Sequence record: NC_028927.1
DNA: 64,000 nt
Source of the DNA: Escherichia phage slur02
Strand: one strand, 5' to 3'
Shown here: in pieces, positions 32,371 to 45,105 of the stretch
Position numbering within the stretch: the stretch's first letter is position 1
Layout of the letters: every line of letters starts with the position of its first letter
The notes under the pieces: model-generated
Told to the model about the DNA's origin: nothing
Seen by the model: only the letters and a program-made list of their open reading frames with translations
Database searches by the model: none
Program-made: the position numbers and the translations under genes

Positions 32371-32501
32371 GATAGTAACATTCAAGAGGTACACCGTAAA
32401 ACTGCCGGGGTCTTAAAACTATAATGATTTGCGAATCATTAATCAGACAGTTCGACGGCTCCTCGATTTAGCTCACACTAAGGCAGTGAATCTCCAATAA
32501 A

Positions 32502-32750
32502 TTACTTCAATGTTACCACAAAGTGACGAACTGCTTTTCGTGCAGCAGAAGCCAGAGGCTTAGCATACTTAAGTTCATCTTTTTCCTGAAGCTCAGCAGC
32601 TAATGCAGTTTGAGCAGGATTCAGATGTTTGAAATAACGCAGGATTTCAAGAGCTTCGGCTTCAACATCAATAGATGCGCCATAGTTTTCGTGACCATTA
32701 TTCCATGCGTTTCGTTGCAGTTCAAGAGCGTGTTGTAATTGTTTAATCAT
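32502..32750 (-). CDS. rIII: rIII lysis inhibition accessory protein
   Basis: 82 aa (MIKQLQHALELQRNAWNNG...); position upstream of gene 31 as in T4. Confidence 0.8.
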   Translation of the reverse strand: MIKQLQHALELQRNAWNNGHENYGASIDVEAEALEILRYFKHLNPAQTALAAELQEKDELKYAKPLASAARKAVRHFVVTLK

Positions 32751-32876
32751 TTAAAAATTCTCGTTAGAGATTAAAACTCGGTAGTCACGTTCTTCTGAAT
32801 TTCATCTTCTTTCGACAGATCTCTCAGTTGTAGACTACCACATAGAATTGAAACTCAATTCATATTATTATTTATA

Positions 32877-33212
32877 TCACTTATAAAGACACGGAATAGC
32901 TTTATAGTGACAGGTAACAAATTTTTGTTTAATTTCTTTTGGCTGCTTAAGACCCAGAGCTACAAAAGGATGCGGAACATTTCGAATTTGACCAACTGGG
33001 AGAGAAGTCAAATCACCAACTTCGCAGAAACCTTCAGGAACATCAGGACCGACAGAGTGAATTACACACAGTTCAGGAACTTCACCTTGAACACGTTTAC
33101 CGATAATAAGTCCTGATTCTGTAACTTCTTCATCACCGGCTTGTGCAGGTTCAGAAACTAAAATAACATATTCACCGACAGCACGAATTGGTAGCTGTTG
33201 TACTTCAGACAT
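32877..33212 (-). CDS. 31: co-chaperonin gp31 (GroES-like)
   Basis: 111 aa ([21 protein letters not shown]...); T4 gp31 length and sequence pattern. Confidence 0.9.
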   Translation of the reverse strand: MSEVQQLPIRAVGEYVILVSEPAQAGDEEVTESGLIIGKRVQGEVPELCVIHSVGPDVPEGFCEVGDLTSLPVGQIRNVPHPFVALGLKQPKEIKQKFVTCHYKAIPCLYK

Positions 33213-33268
33213 CGTTTTTCCTTTTTGTTAACAGATGAGTTAATAATAACAAATAATTCTTAAAGCAT

Positions 33269-33577
33269 TTATTTACCAATAAATTGAAGCAAATGCTCAA
33301 CTTTCATACCATTAACAGAAATCAATTTGTCAATAGAAAAACCTCGCCATGCACCGAGCTCAACATCAAATACTGGAATCATATCCGTAGATTCTTTCCG
33401 AGTAGATTCAGTCAATTTACCGGTTTGCATGGTTGGCATAAAGTCTGCATCACGAGTACCTTTCATAGTACGAATAGTACCATCAGACTTTTCAAAAACT
33501 ACGTTTGAAACACCCATGGACAGTTTAGTTTTCAAAATTTCACGAATTGCTACTTTCTGCTCAGTTGTCAGTTTCAT
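33269..33577 (-). CDS. hypothetical protein (31.1-like)
   Basis: 102 aa ORF. Confidence 0.6.
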   Translation of the reverse strand: MKLTTEQKVAIREILKTKLSMGVSNVVFEKSDGTIRTMKGTRDADFMPTMQTGKLTESTRKESTDMIPVFDVELGAWRGFSIDKLISVNGMKVEHLLQFIGK

Positions 33578-33814
33578 TTATTTACCTATCACAGTTTTAA
33601 TATGAGTTGTTCCACGTTCTTTAAGGGTGGAAAGTAATTTTTGGCATTTTTCTAAATCAGATTTCCAACTATATGGTCTATCAATACTAGTCCAATCAGT
33701 TTTATAATACTGTTTCCATTTAGAGAAAAAATACTTCTTATACTCTACAGCAAATGAAATGTTCTCGTTAGAATAAGAACTAATTGCTGTGAGCTGTACC
33801 AAACGAAATTTCAT
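33578..33814 (-). CDS. hypothetical protein (31.2-like)
   Basis: 78 aa ORF abutting cd. Confidence 0.55.
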   Translation of the reverse strand: MKFRLVQLTAISSYSNENISFAVEYKKYFFSKWKQYYKTDWTSIDRPYSWKSDLEKCQKLLSTLKERGTTHIKTVIGK

Positions 33815-34395
33815 TATTCACCACAGAATTCGTTGATATTTTCCCAATTTAACTTATTCAAGTTTTTCTTAGGAACATTAAACACTTCAATACCTGCATT
33901 TCGCAGAATATCATCCCAGCCAGGTTTATTTTTATCGTATGTTTCACAATAAACCAGCTTTTTAATTCCAGATTGAGCTATCGCTTTTGCACAATCTGGG
34001 CAAGGAGAAAGTGTTACATACATAGTAGCACCTTCAATAGAAGAACCATTTCGTGCAGCAAACAAAATCGCATTTAGTTCAGCGTGAATTTCATTTTTAG
34101 ACGACCATTCAGAGTGAGCGCTACGGTGTTCTTTCGCCAAGACAAAACGATCAGTTGAACCAAACGATACGCATTCAGGCTTATGACCTTGAATGATAGT
34201 ATGTTTAGGCTTGTTCAACAACCAGCCTTGTTCAGCAGCATAATCACAGCAATTCACACCACCAGCAGGTGAACCATTATATCCGGTAGAAATAATACGT
34301 CCATTCTTTTCAATTACTGCTCCTACCTTCCAGGAGCAGCATTTTGATTCTTGCGATACTAAATATGCAATTTGAAGTACTGTACTCGCTTTCAT
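33814..34395 (-). CDS. cd: dCMP deaminase
   Basis: 193 aa; zinc-binding motifs HAELNAI and PCPDCAKAI. Confidence 0.9.
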   Translation of the reverse strand: MKASTVLQIAYLVSQESKCCSWKVGAVIEKNGRIISTGYNGSPAGGVNCCDYAAEQGWLLNKPKHTIIQGHKPECVSFGSTDRFVLAKEHRSAHSEWSSKNEIHAELNAILFAARNGSSIEGATMYVTLSPCPDCAKAIAQSGIKKLVYCETYDKNKPGWDDILRNAGIEVFNVPKKNLNKLNWENINEFCGE

Positions 34396-34730
34396 TTCAT
34401 AATCACCAGATAAGCAGATTTAGCAGTTTCTACACGATAAATTTCGTGACGAAGTTTAGTTATACTTTTAATAACAGAACTAATTATATTCTGCCCATCT
34501 TTAAAGCGGTTTTTCTTATCAATAAAAATTGCGCCAACCAGCTTTTTGTGAAGCTCAACTGGATACTTCGTCACAATAATAGCATCATACACAGAAGGAT
34601 GAATACTATTCACTAGAGTGTCATTCATTAAAGTTATTCTAATGAACTGTGCTGTTTCAGAGTCAAGCGCTCTATGATCGCCAGTATCATTTTCAAGACA
34701 ATTATCAATTATATCAGTTAAATTCATCAT
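34392..34730 (-). CDS. hypothetical protein (cd.1-like)
   Basis: 112 aa; ATGA overlap with cd. Confidence 0.6.
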   Translation of the reverse strand: MMNLTDIIDNCLENDTGDHRALDSETAQFIRITLMNDTLVNSIHPSVYDAIIVTKYPVELHKKLVGAIFIDKKNRFKDGQNIISSVIKSITKLRHEIYRVETAKSAYLVIMK

Positions 34731-34963
34731 AGTACGCCATACACCCTTTGTGCTTCAACTAATCCATCAAAATCCAATTTGAGATGTGTTATTTGATCAC
34801 CATCACCTGGATTCACAATTACTAATACTGAACGAGGAGTTTCGGTAATAACGCGAACCGATGTTTCTGGAAATCGTTCAGAAACCTTATTTACCAATTC
34901 CTGAGCAAATAGTTTAACTTTTTCTTGGAATTCTTTAACAGTAATTGGTTTTTCACTTAGCAT
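34727..34963 (-). CDS. hypothetical protein (cd.2-like)
   Basis: 78 aa. Confidence 0.55.
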   Translation of the reverse strand: MLSEKPITVKEFQEKVKLFAQELVNKVSERFPETSVRVITETPRSVLVIVNPGDGDQITHLKLDFDGLVEAQRVYGVL

Positions 34964-35487
34964 GTTGATCCCAGCTCCTTACTTTCAACGTTTTTAACTA
35001 ATTTGACAGAAACTAATTCGGCATCTTGGGTAATCATTACCGGGCCTTCTTCATACTCTTCAAGATATTCTAGAGCTTTCTTTTTAGCTTCTTCCTTCGT
35101 ATCAGTTTGAGCATAGATATAAAACATGCAACCACCAGTAATACCTACTACTTTCCACTTAATTTCTTTATCAGTTTTAATTTCAAATTTACTGACAGAA
35201 TCATCTTTTTGAACTTCTTCGAAAAAATAATATTCTGACATATAAGTAATTGAAAATAGCGGGCTATCTTTATAGCATTCGCCCATTACATCAACAGCTT
35301 TATACCAGCAGTCATCAATTTCGCGTTTAATGCTAATAACATTCTTCGCGGGATCAATTTTTACTTTAAATGAATTTTCATCAATAAACTGGGCAATTCG
35401 TTTATTAGCCCCACAAGTTTCATTAAAAATATCTTTATATCCAGCTTTAAAGCGATAAACCTTATCTTCTTCAAACCATTCGCTCAT
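34957..35487 (-). CDS. hypothetical protein (cd.3-like)
   Basis: Likely start at MSEWF with SD GAGGA; the track extends to 35502; early-type promoter immediately upstream. Confidence 0.6.
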   Translation of the reverse strand: MSEWFEEDKVYRFKAGYKDIFNETCGANKRIAQFIDENSFKVKIDPAKNVISIKREIDDCWYKAVDVMGECYKDSPLFSITYMSEYYFFEEVQKDDSVSKFEIKTDKEIKWKVVGITGGCMFYIYAQTDTKEEAKKKALEYLEEYEEGPVMITQDAELVSVKLVKNVESKELGSTC

Positions 35488-35517
35488 TTTCAATTTCCTC
35501 ATTTGTTTGGTAGAGCT

Positions 35518-35547
35518 ATAATATCACAACTCTACCGTAAAGTAAAC
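35518..35547 (-). promoter_or_regulatory. early sigma70-type promoter upstream of the cd.3-like ORF
   Basis: Minus strand GTTTAC, 18 nt, TGATATTAT. Confidence 0.45.
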
Positions 35548-35549
35548 TG

Positions 35550-35825
35550 TTAAATTGCTTTGAATTCTGATGTCTGTGATTCAAAGCGAATATCGCCTTT
35601 GATGACTAGCTCAGCATCAAGACCAAATACGACAATGATATGCGCAGAACCTGGATACAGCGTAATGGCAATAGAATCCACCTGGTCTGGAAGCAAAGTG
35701 TTCAATACATGAGTCACTTGAGCATGAATTCGAAGCTCGGCTGCGTTATCAAGCTTTTCAAACATATTATTAGCGATAATTTGGCTAAAAACTACTTCTA
35801 CGATTTTAGAATAAGTCGGAAACAT
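35550..35825 (-). CDS. hypothetical protein (cd.4-like)
   Basis: 91 aa. Confidence 0.55.
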   Translation of the reverse strand: MFPTYSKIVEVVFSQIIANNMFEKLDNAAELRIHAQVTHVLNTLLPDQVDSIAITLYPGSAHIIVVFGLDAELVIKGDIRFESQTSEFKAI

Positions 35826-35827
35826 AT

Positions 35828-36028
35828 TTACCTCACATAATTTTCTTCAAGCCAATCAATAACATCCAACGCATTATCAAAAGTTGAACCATCTACTTTT
35901 TCTTCTGTTTCATAATCAAGAACATCTAAGCCTAATCTTCCGTTAACAATAGGCCATAAACAAAATAGATATTTCTTTTCTTTTTCAATTTTATCACAAA
36001 GACGATAAATCTTTTCTAGATTATTCAT
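35828..36028 (-). CDS. hypothetical protein (cd.5-like)
   Basis: 66 aa. Confidence 0.5.
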   Translation of the reverse strand: MNNLEKIYRLCDKIEKEKKYLFCLWPIVNGRLGLDVLDYETEEKVDGSTFDNALDVIDWLEENYVR

Positions 36029-36217
36029 AAGTTTTCCACGGTAAAGGCAGTTTAGTTTTCTTTACTGTTAGTTCAACATCGGGATTCTTTTCTCTTAATT
36101 TAAGACATTCCTCCCAAGCTCTGATTTCACTAGTGAAAACACAAAATTGACCATTACTAGTACCAACTAAACCGCTATTTACAATAACAATAGCCCAAGT
36201 TTCATGATGCAAAGCCA

Positions 36218-36218
<1 letters not shown>
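36021..36218 (-). CDS. hypothetical small protein
   Basis: Likely start at MALHHETW, coupled to pseT stop; the track ORF extends to 36248. Confidence 0.5.
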
Positions 36219-37443
<1,225 letters not shown>

Positions 37444-37677
37444 TTATTTTTTCTCAACCAATGATTGAATATAATCATGCAGGTCTTTAGATGCTTTACC
37501 CCACTTATTTTGATATTCATTTTTGAGATTAGCGCGTGATTGAGCTAATAAAACATCATTAGTTGGAGGTAAAGATTCTAATCGCTGAATCTGGCGTCCA
37601 TAAATCATTGCAGCCATCTCGGATTCATAAATCAATCCTTTAAGATGTTCAAATTGATGCCATGAAATCATTTGCAT
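37444..37677 (-). CDS. hypothetical protein (pseT.1-like)
   Basis: 77 aa. Confidence 0.5.
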   Translation of the reverse strand: MQMISWHQFEHLKGLIYESEMAAMIYGRQIQRLESLPPTNDVLLAQSRANLKNEYQNKWGKASKDLHDYIQSLVEKK

Positions 37678-37967
37678 TTATCCTCTTTTAACTCTTGACG
37701 ATAATAACATATCATAGTTTTCTGGTCATGTACATATCGTTTTACATCATTAAGCCAAATACGAAATTCCTGGGAATCTTCAAATGGCATACCGACCCAA
37801 GCTTTACCATCAATAACTTTAACTTGCCAAGATAGTTTAGCTTCATCATATGACTTTATCTGCACAGGCCAATTAGGATGAACTGTTTCTTTCTTTACTT
37901 CTAGAGGCTTTGTCGAACAACCAACTAGAAGACCAATAGATAATATTACTGCTGATAGTCTAATCAT
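37668..37967 (-). CDS. outer-membrane spanin lipoprotein (Rz1-like, pseT.2-type)
   Basis: 99 aa; signal peptide plus lipobox LLVGC. Confidence 0.7.
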   Translation of the reverse strand: MIRLSAVILSIGLLVGCSTKPLEVKKETVHPNWPVQIKSYDEAKLSWQVKVIDGKAWVGMPFEDSQEFRIWLNDVKRYVHDQKTMICYYRQELKEDKCK

Positions 37968-38317
37968 TTAGAAAGGTCCTGGATGTCTTCTACGAACTTG
38001 TTGAAGGAGTTATTGATTTGTTTTTCAACCAATCCTGGCTTATGAGCCACCACATCCGCCTTCTTTGCGTCTTTGCGCAGTTTTTCATTTTCACGCTCAA
38101 TAGCAGCAATTGCCTCACGATTTTTATTATTCATCGCATCAATATAATTATACTGAATTCGCAAATTATTTAATGCTAAAGCGTTTTCATTGGCCGTTTT
38201 TGTAATTTCTACAACAGACGTTTCTAATCTTTCAATTTTGTTTTTTAAAATTAAAGAAGTTCCGCCCAATGCAATTACAATTAATAGCAAGCCTGTTGTC
38301 ATATTACTTAATTGCAT
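37964..38317 (-). CDS. inner-membrane spanin (Rz-like, pseT.3-type)
   Basis: 117 aa; N-terminal transmembrane helix (TTGLLLIVIALGG) then coiled-coil; adjacent to the lipoprotein gene. Confidence 0.7.
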   Translation of the reverse strand: MQLSNMTTGLLLIVIALGGTSLILKNKIERLETSVVEITKTANENALALNNLRIQYNYIDAMNNKNREAIAAIERENEKLRKDAKKADVVAHKPGLVEKQINNSFNKFVEDIQDLSK

Positions 38318-38814
38318 AAAGTTTTAATAACCTCTATAATATCGTCTTGAGAAAGACCATTAATTAAAATATGATGTTCAGCCGGAGATTTAGAAATTTT
38401 AAAGCATGCCTCAACATCTTCTGCCATATCCGATGCGCTACGATTTGGATTACTAATTCCAAGACGATGTTTTCCCGTTAAAGGATTAACGATGATATAG
38501 CATTTACAGCTATTGATATGAACATTAGGTTGAGTCTGATTAATGAACACTTCACAATCATACTTAGCGAGTTGATTTTCTAAAAAGACTTTCATCTCTT
38601 CAACCGCATCAGGAAGCATATCACGGGCTTGCTCAAGACGACGATTTCGATATTCTTTAATGGTCGTTTTCCGCTTGACTTGCTTAGCTAAATCTTTCTT
38701 AAGATCGGTGATATATCCAACTCGACGATTTCCTTTAAATACAGAAATCCCATCTGTAGTATCACCGTATGCTTCAACGACCATTTCAGTAGTAATAAGC
38801 TGCAAATCCATCAT
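38308..38814 (-). CDS. alc: Alc, host transcription unfolding/termination protein
   Basis: 168 aa; position between the spanins and rnlA as in T4. Confidence 0.8.
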   Translation of the reverse strand: MMDLQLITTEMVVEAYGDTTDGISVFKGNRRVGYITDLKKDLAKQVKRKTTIKEYRNRRLEQARDMLPDAVEEMKVFLENQLAKYDCEVFINQTQPNVHINSCKCYIIVNPLTGKHRLGISNPNRSASDMAEDVEACFKISKSPAEHHILINGLSQDDIIEVIKTLCN

Positions 38815-38842
38815 AAAGTCCTCATGTTATGTCAGTAAGATT

Positions 38843-38872
38843 ACTATAACACAACACGAGGGACTTGTAAAC
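38843..38872 (-). promoter_or_regulatory. early sigma70-type promoter upstream of alc, near-identical to the element at 22998-23027
   Basis: GTTTAC, 18 nt, TATAGT; 51 of 54 surrounding bases identical to the other copy. Confidence 0.5.
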
Positions 38873-38875
38873 AGC

Positions 38876-40463
<1,588 letters not shown>

Positions 40464-40471
40464 AATAAAAT

Positions 40472-40485
40472 GGGCCTTGCGGCCC
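40472..40485 (-). terminator. hairpin between nrdB stop and denA start (terminator or attenuator)
   Basis: GGGCC-GCAA-GGCCC followed by AUUUUAUUAUG, which includes the denA start codon. Confidence 0.5.
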
Positions 40486-40490
40486 ACTCC

Positions 40491-41669
40491 TTAAAAATAT
40501 TTTTTAAAACTCATCATAACTTTATCATCAACGTCATTATCAATCTGTGCTACAAGATAAGATGACAGTTCTACTTCTTGCGGCGCGGATTGAACATTAT
40601 CAGAATTAAGATATTCACGAATCCAAGGATATGGATGTTTAACCGGAGCATCGGTAATTGGGCATGGAAGACCACACTGTTTCATACGAGATACAGTTAA
40701 GTAATCAATAAAGCTCCACATGCTATTTGTATTTAATCCAGGAACATCGCCATCTTTAAATAAATGAACTGCCCAATCTTTTTCTTGGCGGTTAACTTCC
40801 ATGAAAATATCAACTGCTTCTTGTTCACACTCTTTGGCAATTTTAACCCATTCATCACCATCCGTGCCAAGTTGAAGTTGACGAATAATATATTGTGTAC
40901 CTTTAAGATGAAGCTGCTCATCACGTGCAATGAACTTCATAATCTTGGCATTACCTTCCATGATTTCCATGTTCTTATGGAAGTTAAAGGTACATGCGAA
41001 AGATACATAAAAACGAATAGCTTCCAATGCGTTGATTACGTGTAGGCAGAGGTAAAGAGAGCGCATTAGTTCACGTTTCCAATACATTTCATGCTCTATG
41101 GCATCTTTAATATCATCTTCGTCTGCATTAATTTCTTTTTGGTATTCGATATCAGCTTTAGCGTTTTCCCAATAACGAGTTTTAATCAGAACATCATCAT
41201 AATAACGTCCAATGGATTCAGCACGTTTCATAATAGCTTCATCTAATACAATTTCATCAAATACCTTCGATGGATCAGTATAAAGATTTCGCATGATATG
41301 TGTATATGAACGACTGTGAATAGTTTCACTAAAAGTCCATGTAGCAACCCATGTATCAAGACTTGGGTCTGAAATTAACGACATAAGTACAGCAGATGGT
41401 GCACGACCCTGAATGCTATCCAAAAGTGATTGATACTTCAGGTTATTAGTAAAAATATCTTGCTGATATTGAGGAAGCTTGTTAAATTGCGCAGCATCCA
41501 TCATTAAGTTTACTTCTTCGGGACGCCAAAAAAATGATAAAGATTTCTCAATAAGTTCTTCAAATACTCTATGTCGTTGAATATCATATCGAGCTAAACC
41601 CAATCCAGAACCAAAAAACATCGGCTCAGTCAAAATATTAACAGGGGATGTATTAAAAACTGTACTCAT
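40491..41669 (-). CDS. nrdB: ribonucleotide reductase small subunit, uninterrupted
   Basis: 392 aa continuous ORF with ferritin-like di-iron features; no intron-sized interruption. Confidence 0.9.
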   Translation of the reverse strand: MSTVFNTSPVNILTEPMFFGSGLGLARYDIQRHRVFEELIEKSLSFFWRPEEVNLMMDAAQFNKLPQYQQDIFTNNLKYQSLLDSIQGRAPSAVLMSLISDPSLDTWVATWTFSETIHSRSYTHIMRNLYTDPSKVFDEIVLDEAIMKRAESIGRYYDDVLIKTRYWENAKADIEYQKEINADEDDIKDAIEHEMYWKRELMRSLYLCLHVINALEAIRFYVSFACTFNFHKNMEIMEGNAKIMKFIARDEQLHLKGTQYIIRQLQLGTDGDEWVKIAKECEQEAVDIFMEVNRQEKDWAVHLFKDGDVPGLNTNSMWSFIDYLTVSRMKQCGLPCPITDAPVKHPYPWIREYLNSDNVQSAPQEVELSSYLVAQIDNDVDDKVMMSFKKYF

Positions 41670-42307
41670 TTAGAATCCTTAAATTTACATTTATCATAAT
41701 GCCATCTTAAAGCATTGCCTTTATTAACTTTCTTGCCACAATGCGGACAAGGCGGATACTCTGTACCTTGCTTAGTTCTCAAAGAAATCAAATCACGGGT
41801 TTCTTTAGTATGAGGAACATCTCTTGTCGGAGAGATTGTACCATACATCGGATTAAGCACGCCGACTTTAGCAGCAGCTATATTCTTTTTAGCTTCTTCG
41901 GTTTTAGGTTTTCTCATGCGAGCTAAATGCTCTTTGGTAAATTTCCTTCCTTTAAGGGCTCTACTTATCTTTTCTCTGGTTTCCATAGAAACTTCACGTC
42001 CTGTAGCAGCTTCAGATAAACGTCGTCTACCTAATTCGTACAGTTGAGAAGAAATTTTATATGAGCGATTTTTACCAGTCAAGCACATTAAACCAAAAGC
42101 TTTCTTTAATCCTGGGGTGTCATATATTTTACATAAAAGCCAATGAGCTATAAAATGCTCTCTACCTGTTAATTCAACTAAATTTTCTTTATCATCAGAA
42201 CCTCCCATACATCTAGGGATTATATGATGTGTCTCTTTATATTCAGATAAAGGTTCCCGAGCCTGAGCTCGGGAAATTAGGTCATTATAGATTTTTTGAT
42301 AATTCAT
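41666..42307 (-). CDS. mobE: HNH homing endonuclease (MobE-like)
   Basis: 213 aa; HNH motif HHIIPRCMGGSDDKENLVELTGREHFIAHW; lies exactly between nrdA and nrdB. Confidence 0.8.
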   Translation of the reverse strand: MNYQKIYNDLISRAQAREPLSEYKETHHIIPRCMGGSDDKENLVELTGREHFIAHWLLCKIYDTPGLKKAFGLMCLTGKNRSYKISSQLYELGRRRLSEAATGREVSMETREKISRALKGRKFTKEHLARMRKPKTEEAKKNIAAAKVGVLNPMYGTISPTRDVPHTKETRDLISLRTKQGTEYPPCPHCGKKVNKGNALRWHYDKCKFKDSK

Positions 42308-44571
42308 TACAATTTACACGCTGCACAATCTTCAGCTTTTGGAGTTTCTATTTCATAATCATCAGTACCAGAACCATCGCGGGTATTATGATAATAGAAA
42401 TTTTTTCCGCCAAAATACCAAAAATACAAAAGGTCATCAATCATTATTGACATTGGAACCTTGCCTTTAGGGAAGATTTGGGGGTCATAGTATGTATTCG
42501 CCGAAGCTGATTGACAAACCCATTTCAGCATAATAGCTACCTGCGTAAGATAAGGTTTATTACCTTTCTTAGCTAATTTCCATGTATAGTCGTAAAGGTC
42601 TATGTTATGCTCAATATTGGGCACGACTTGATTAAAGGAGCCCTCTTTTGATTCTTTAACAGAGACTGGTCCACGTGGAGGCTCGATACCGTTTGTACTG
42701 TTAGAAACTTGGGAAGATGACTCACATGGCATAAGTGCTGATAATGTGCTATTACGGATGCCAAAGAGCTTAAGGTCTTCCCGCAGCGACGACCAGTCAC
42801 AAACGTATTTTGGAGCTGCGATTTGGTCAATCTTTTTATTGTACCAGTCGATAGGTAATTCGCCTCGAGACCAACGAGTGTCTGAATAATATTCGCAAGG
42901 TCCTTTTTCTTTGGCGAGCTTAATGGATGCTTTAATGAGTCCATACTGTAATCTCTCAAATAGTTCATGTGTTAAATCGTTAGCATCTTCATAAGAAGCA
43001 AAGTTACTTGCCAGCCAAGCTGCATAGTTAGTAACACCTACACCAAGGTTTCGACGCTTTTTAGCTTTTTCTGCTTCAGGAACTGGATATCCTTGGTAAT
43101 CCAAAAGATTATCAAGAGCACGAACTTGAACTTCTGCTAATTCATTAATTTTATCTTGGTCTTGCCAATCGAAGTTATCCAGCACAAATGCAGATAACGT
43201 GCACAATCCAATTTCAGCATCAGGGCTATTCACATCATTTGTTGGAATAGCAATTTCACAGCACAAGTTACTCTGACGAATAGGTGCCTTTTCACGAATA
43301 AACGGAGTATAGTTATTCGTATTATCAATGAACTGCACATAAATCCTTGCTGTTCCTGAGCGTTCAGTCATGAGCAATTCAAATAGTTCACGGGCTTTAA
43401 TACGCTTTTTGCGAATATTAGGGTCTTTTTCTGCTGCTTCGTATAATTCACGGAAACGGTCTTGGTCTTTAAAATAAGAATAATAAAGCTCGCCACCCAT
43501 TTCATGCGGACTGAACAAAGTAATGTAGTCGTTCTTTCCAAAACGTTCCATCATTAGATCATTCAGTTGAACACCATAATCCATATGACGAATGCGGTTT
43601 TCTTCTACACCTTTGTTATTTTTCAAAACAAGAAGATTTTCAACTTCCAAATGCCAAATAGGATAATAAGCAGTAGCAGCGCCGCCACGAATTCCACCTT
43701 GTGAGCATGATTTAACAGCAGTCTGAAAATGTTTCCAAAAAGGAATAACACCAGTATGGCGTACTTCACCCATGCCAATCTTAGAACCTTCGGCACGAAT
43801 CATACCAACGTTAATACCAATTCCAGCACGTTTGGAGATATATTCAACAATTGAAGCGGAAGCCTTATTGATAGACTTTAATGAATCACCTGCCTCAATA
43901 ACAACACATGAACTAAACTGTCGAGTCGGAGTACGACAACCAGCCATAATAGGAGTTGGTAATGAAATCTGTCGAGTAGATACTGCTTCATAAAAACGGA
44001 TAACGTGTTTTAATCTATCAACAGGTTCATCTTGATGCAGTGCCATTCCAATAGTCATAAATGCAAACTGTGGAGTTTCATAAATTTGACCAGTGGTTTT
44101 ATCTTTAACTAAATATTTTTCTTTTAATTGCATCGCCCCGGAATAAGTAAATTCCATATCCCGCTCGTGCTTAATTTTTGATTCTAAAAATGTAATTTCT
44201 TCTGCTGAATATTTTGACAATAATTCAGGGTCATATTTACCTGCATTTACACAATAAGAAATATGGTCAATAAATGAACGTGGTTCATACTGCCCATAAA
44301 CATGCTTACGAAGAGCAAACATTAAACAGCGTGCAGCTACATATTGATAATCAGGCTCTTCAACCGAAATAGAATTCGCAGCAGCCTTAATGACAATAGT
44401 CTGAATATCATCAGTTGTCATTCCATCACGGAGATAAGATTTAATATTTTCATATAATTCATAAGGATCTACTGATGTTCCTTCAGCTGCCCAAGATAAA
44501 ACTTTAATAATTTTTTGTGGGTCAAAGCTCTGAGAAACACCACTACTTTTGATAACATTAATTAATTGCAT
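42307..44571 (-). CDS. nrdA: ribonucleotide reductase large subunit
   Basis: 754 aa; class Ia large-subunit features including the C-terminal Cys pair. Confidence 0.95.
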   Translation of the reverse strand: MQLINVIKSSGVSQSFDPQKIIKVLSWAAEGTSVDPYELYENIKSYLRDGMTTDDIQTIVIKAAANSISVEEPDYQYVAARCLMFALRKHVYGQYEPRSFIDHISYCVNAGKYDPELLSKYSAEEITFLESKIKHERDMEFTYSGAMQLKEKYLVKDKTTGQIYETPQFAFMTIGMALHQDEPVDRLKHVIRFYEAVSTRQISLPTPIMAGCRTPTRQFSSCVVIEAGDSLKSINKASASIVEYISKRAGIGINVGMIRAEGSKIGMGEVRHTGVIPFWKHFQTAVKSCSQGGIRGGAATAYYPIWHLEVENLLVLKNNKGVEENRIRHMDYGVQLNDLMMERFGKNDYITLFSPHEMGGELYYSYFKDQDRFRELYEAAEKDPNIRKKRIKARELFELLMTERSGTARIYVQFIDNTNNYTPFIREKAPIRQSNLCCEIAIPTNDVNSPDAEIGLCTLSAFVLDNFDWQDQDKINELAEVQVRALDNLLDYQGYPVPEAEKAKKRRNLGVGVTNYAAWLASNFASYEDANDLTHELFERLQYGLIKASIKLAKEKGPCEYYSDTRWSRGELPIDWYNKKIDQIAAPKYVCDWSSLREDLKLFGIRNSTLSALMPCESSSQVSNSTNGIEPPRGPVSVKESKEGSFNQVVPNIEHNIDLYDYTWKLAKKGNKPYLTQVAIMLKWVCQSASANTYYDPQIFPKGKVPMSIMIDDLLYFWYFGGKNFYYHNTRDGSGTDDYEIETPKAEDCAACKL

Positions 44572-44888
44572 AAGTCCTCAACTTGAAAATCGTCTTTAAA
44601 CAATCGGTTAACTATATGAGCTATTATATCACCATGACACGGCTTTGGTTTACATGTGCATCCTAGCCTCATTCCACGTAAAGGCTCTAAATGTGCTTTA
44701 GTTATTTCTCCGGATTTAATTCGACGTATAAAATCTTTTTTGAATAATTCAATGGCAGCCTCCCGGCTGCCAGCATCTTTACCGACGTGATTTCCCCAAA
44801 ATGTACCGCGGTGAATATTAACATCAAAGTCGGATTTGTATTTATTCACTACCCGGCATAGACGGCCCGGTTGGTAATAATTCTTCAT
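44562..44888 (-). CDS. hypothetical protein (nrdA.1-like)
   Basis: 108 aa ORF overlapping the nrdA start. Confidence 0.6.
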   Translation of the reverse strand: MKNYYQPGRLCRVVNKYKSDFDVNIHRGTFWGNHVGKDAGSREAAIELFKKDFIRRIKSGEITKAHLEPLRGMRLGCTCKPKPCHGDIIAHIVNRLFKDDFQVEDLCN

Positions 44889-45105
44889 ATTGTTTTTCCG
44901 TTAATACAGTAATATCATAGTAACAATCGGAAGAAGTTTTAACTGTGGAAATTTTATTGTCAAAATACTCACGAGTCATTTTATGAGTATAGTATTTTTT
45001 ACCATAAATGGTAATAGGCTGTTCTGGTCCTGGAACTTCTAACTCGCTTGGGTTAGGAAGTGTAAAAAGAACGGCACCAGAAGTATCTTTAAATCGTAAA
45101 ATCAT
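44842..45105 (-). CDS. hypothetical protein (nrdA.2-like)
   Basis: 87 aa. Confidence 0.55.
   Translation of the reverse strand: MILRFKDTSGAVLFTLPNPSELEVPGPEQPITIYGKKYYTHKMTREYFDNKISTVKTSSDCYYDITVLTEKQYEELLPTGPSMPGSE

Noticed and set aside
32256-32501. Possible tRNA or small RNA gene in the rIII-30.9 gap
   Set aside because: No cloverleaf-compatible structure or conserved tRNA boxes recognised by eye; the T4 tRNA cluster lies elsewhere in the genome. Left as an open finding rather than a feature.
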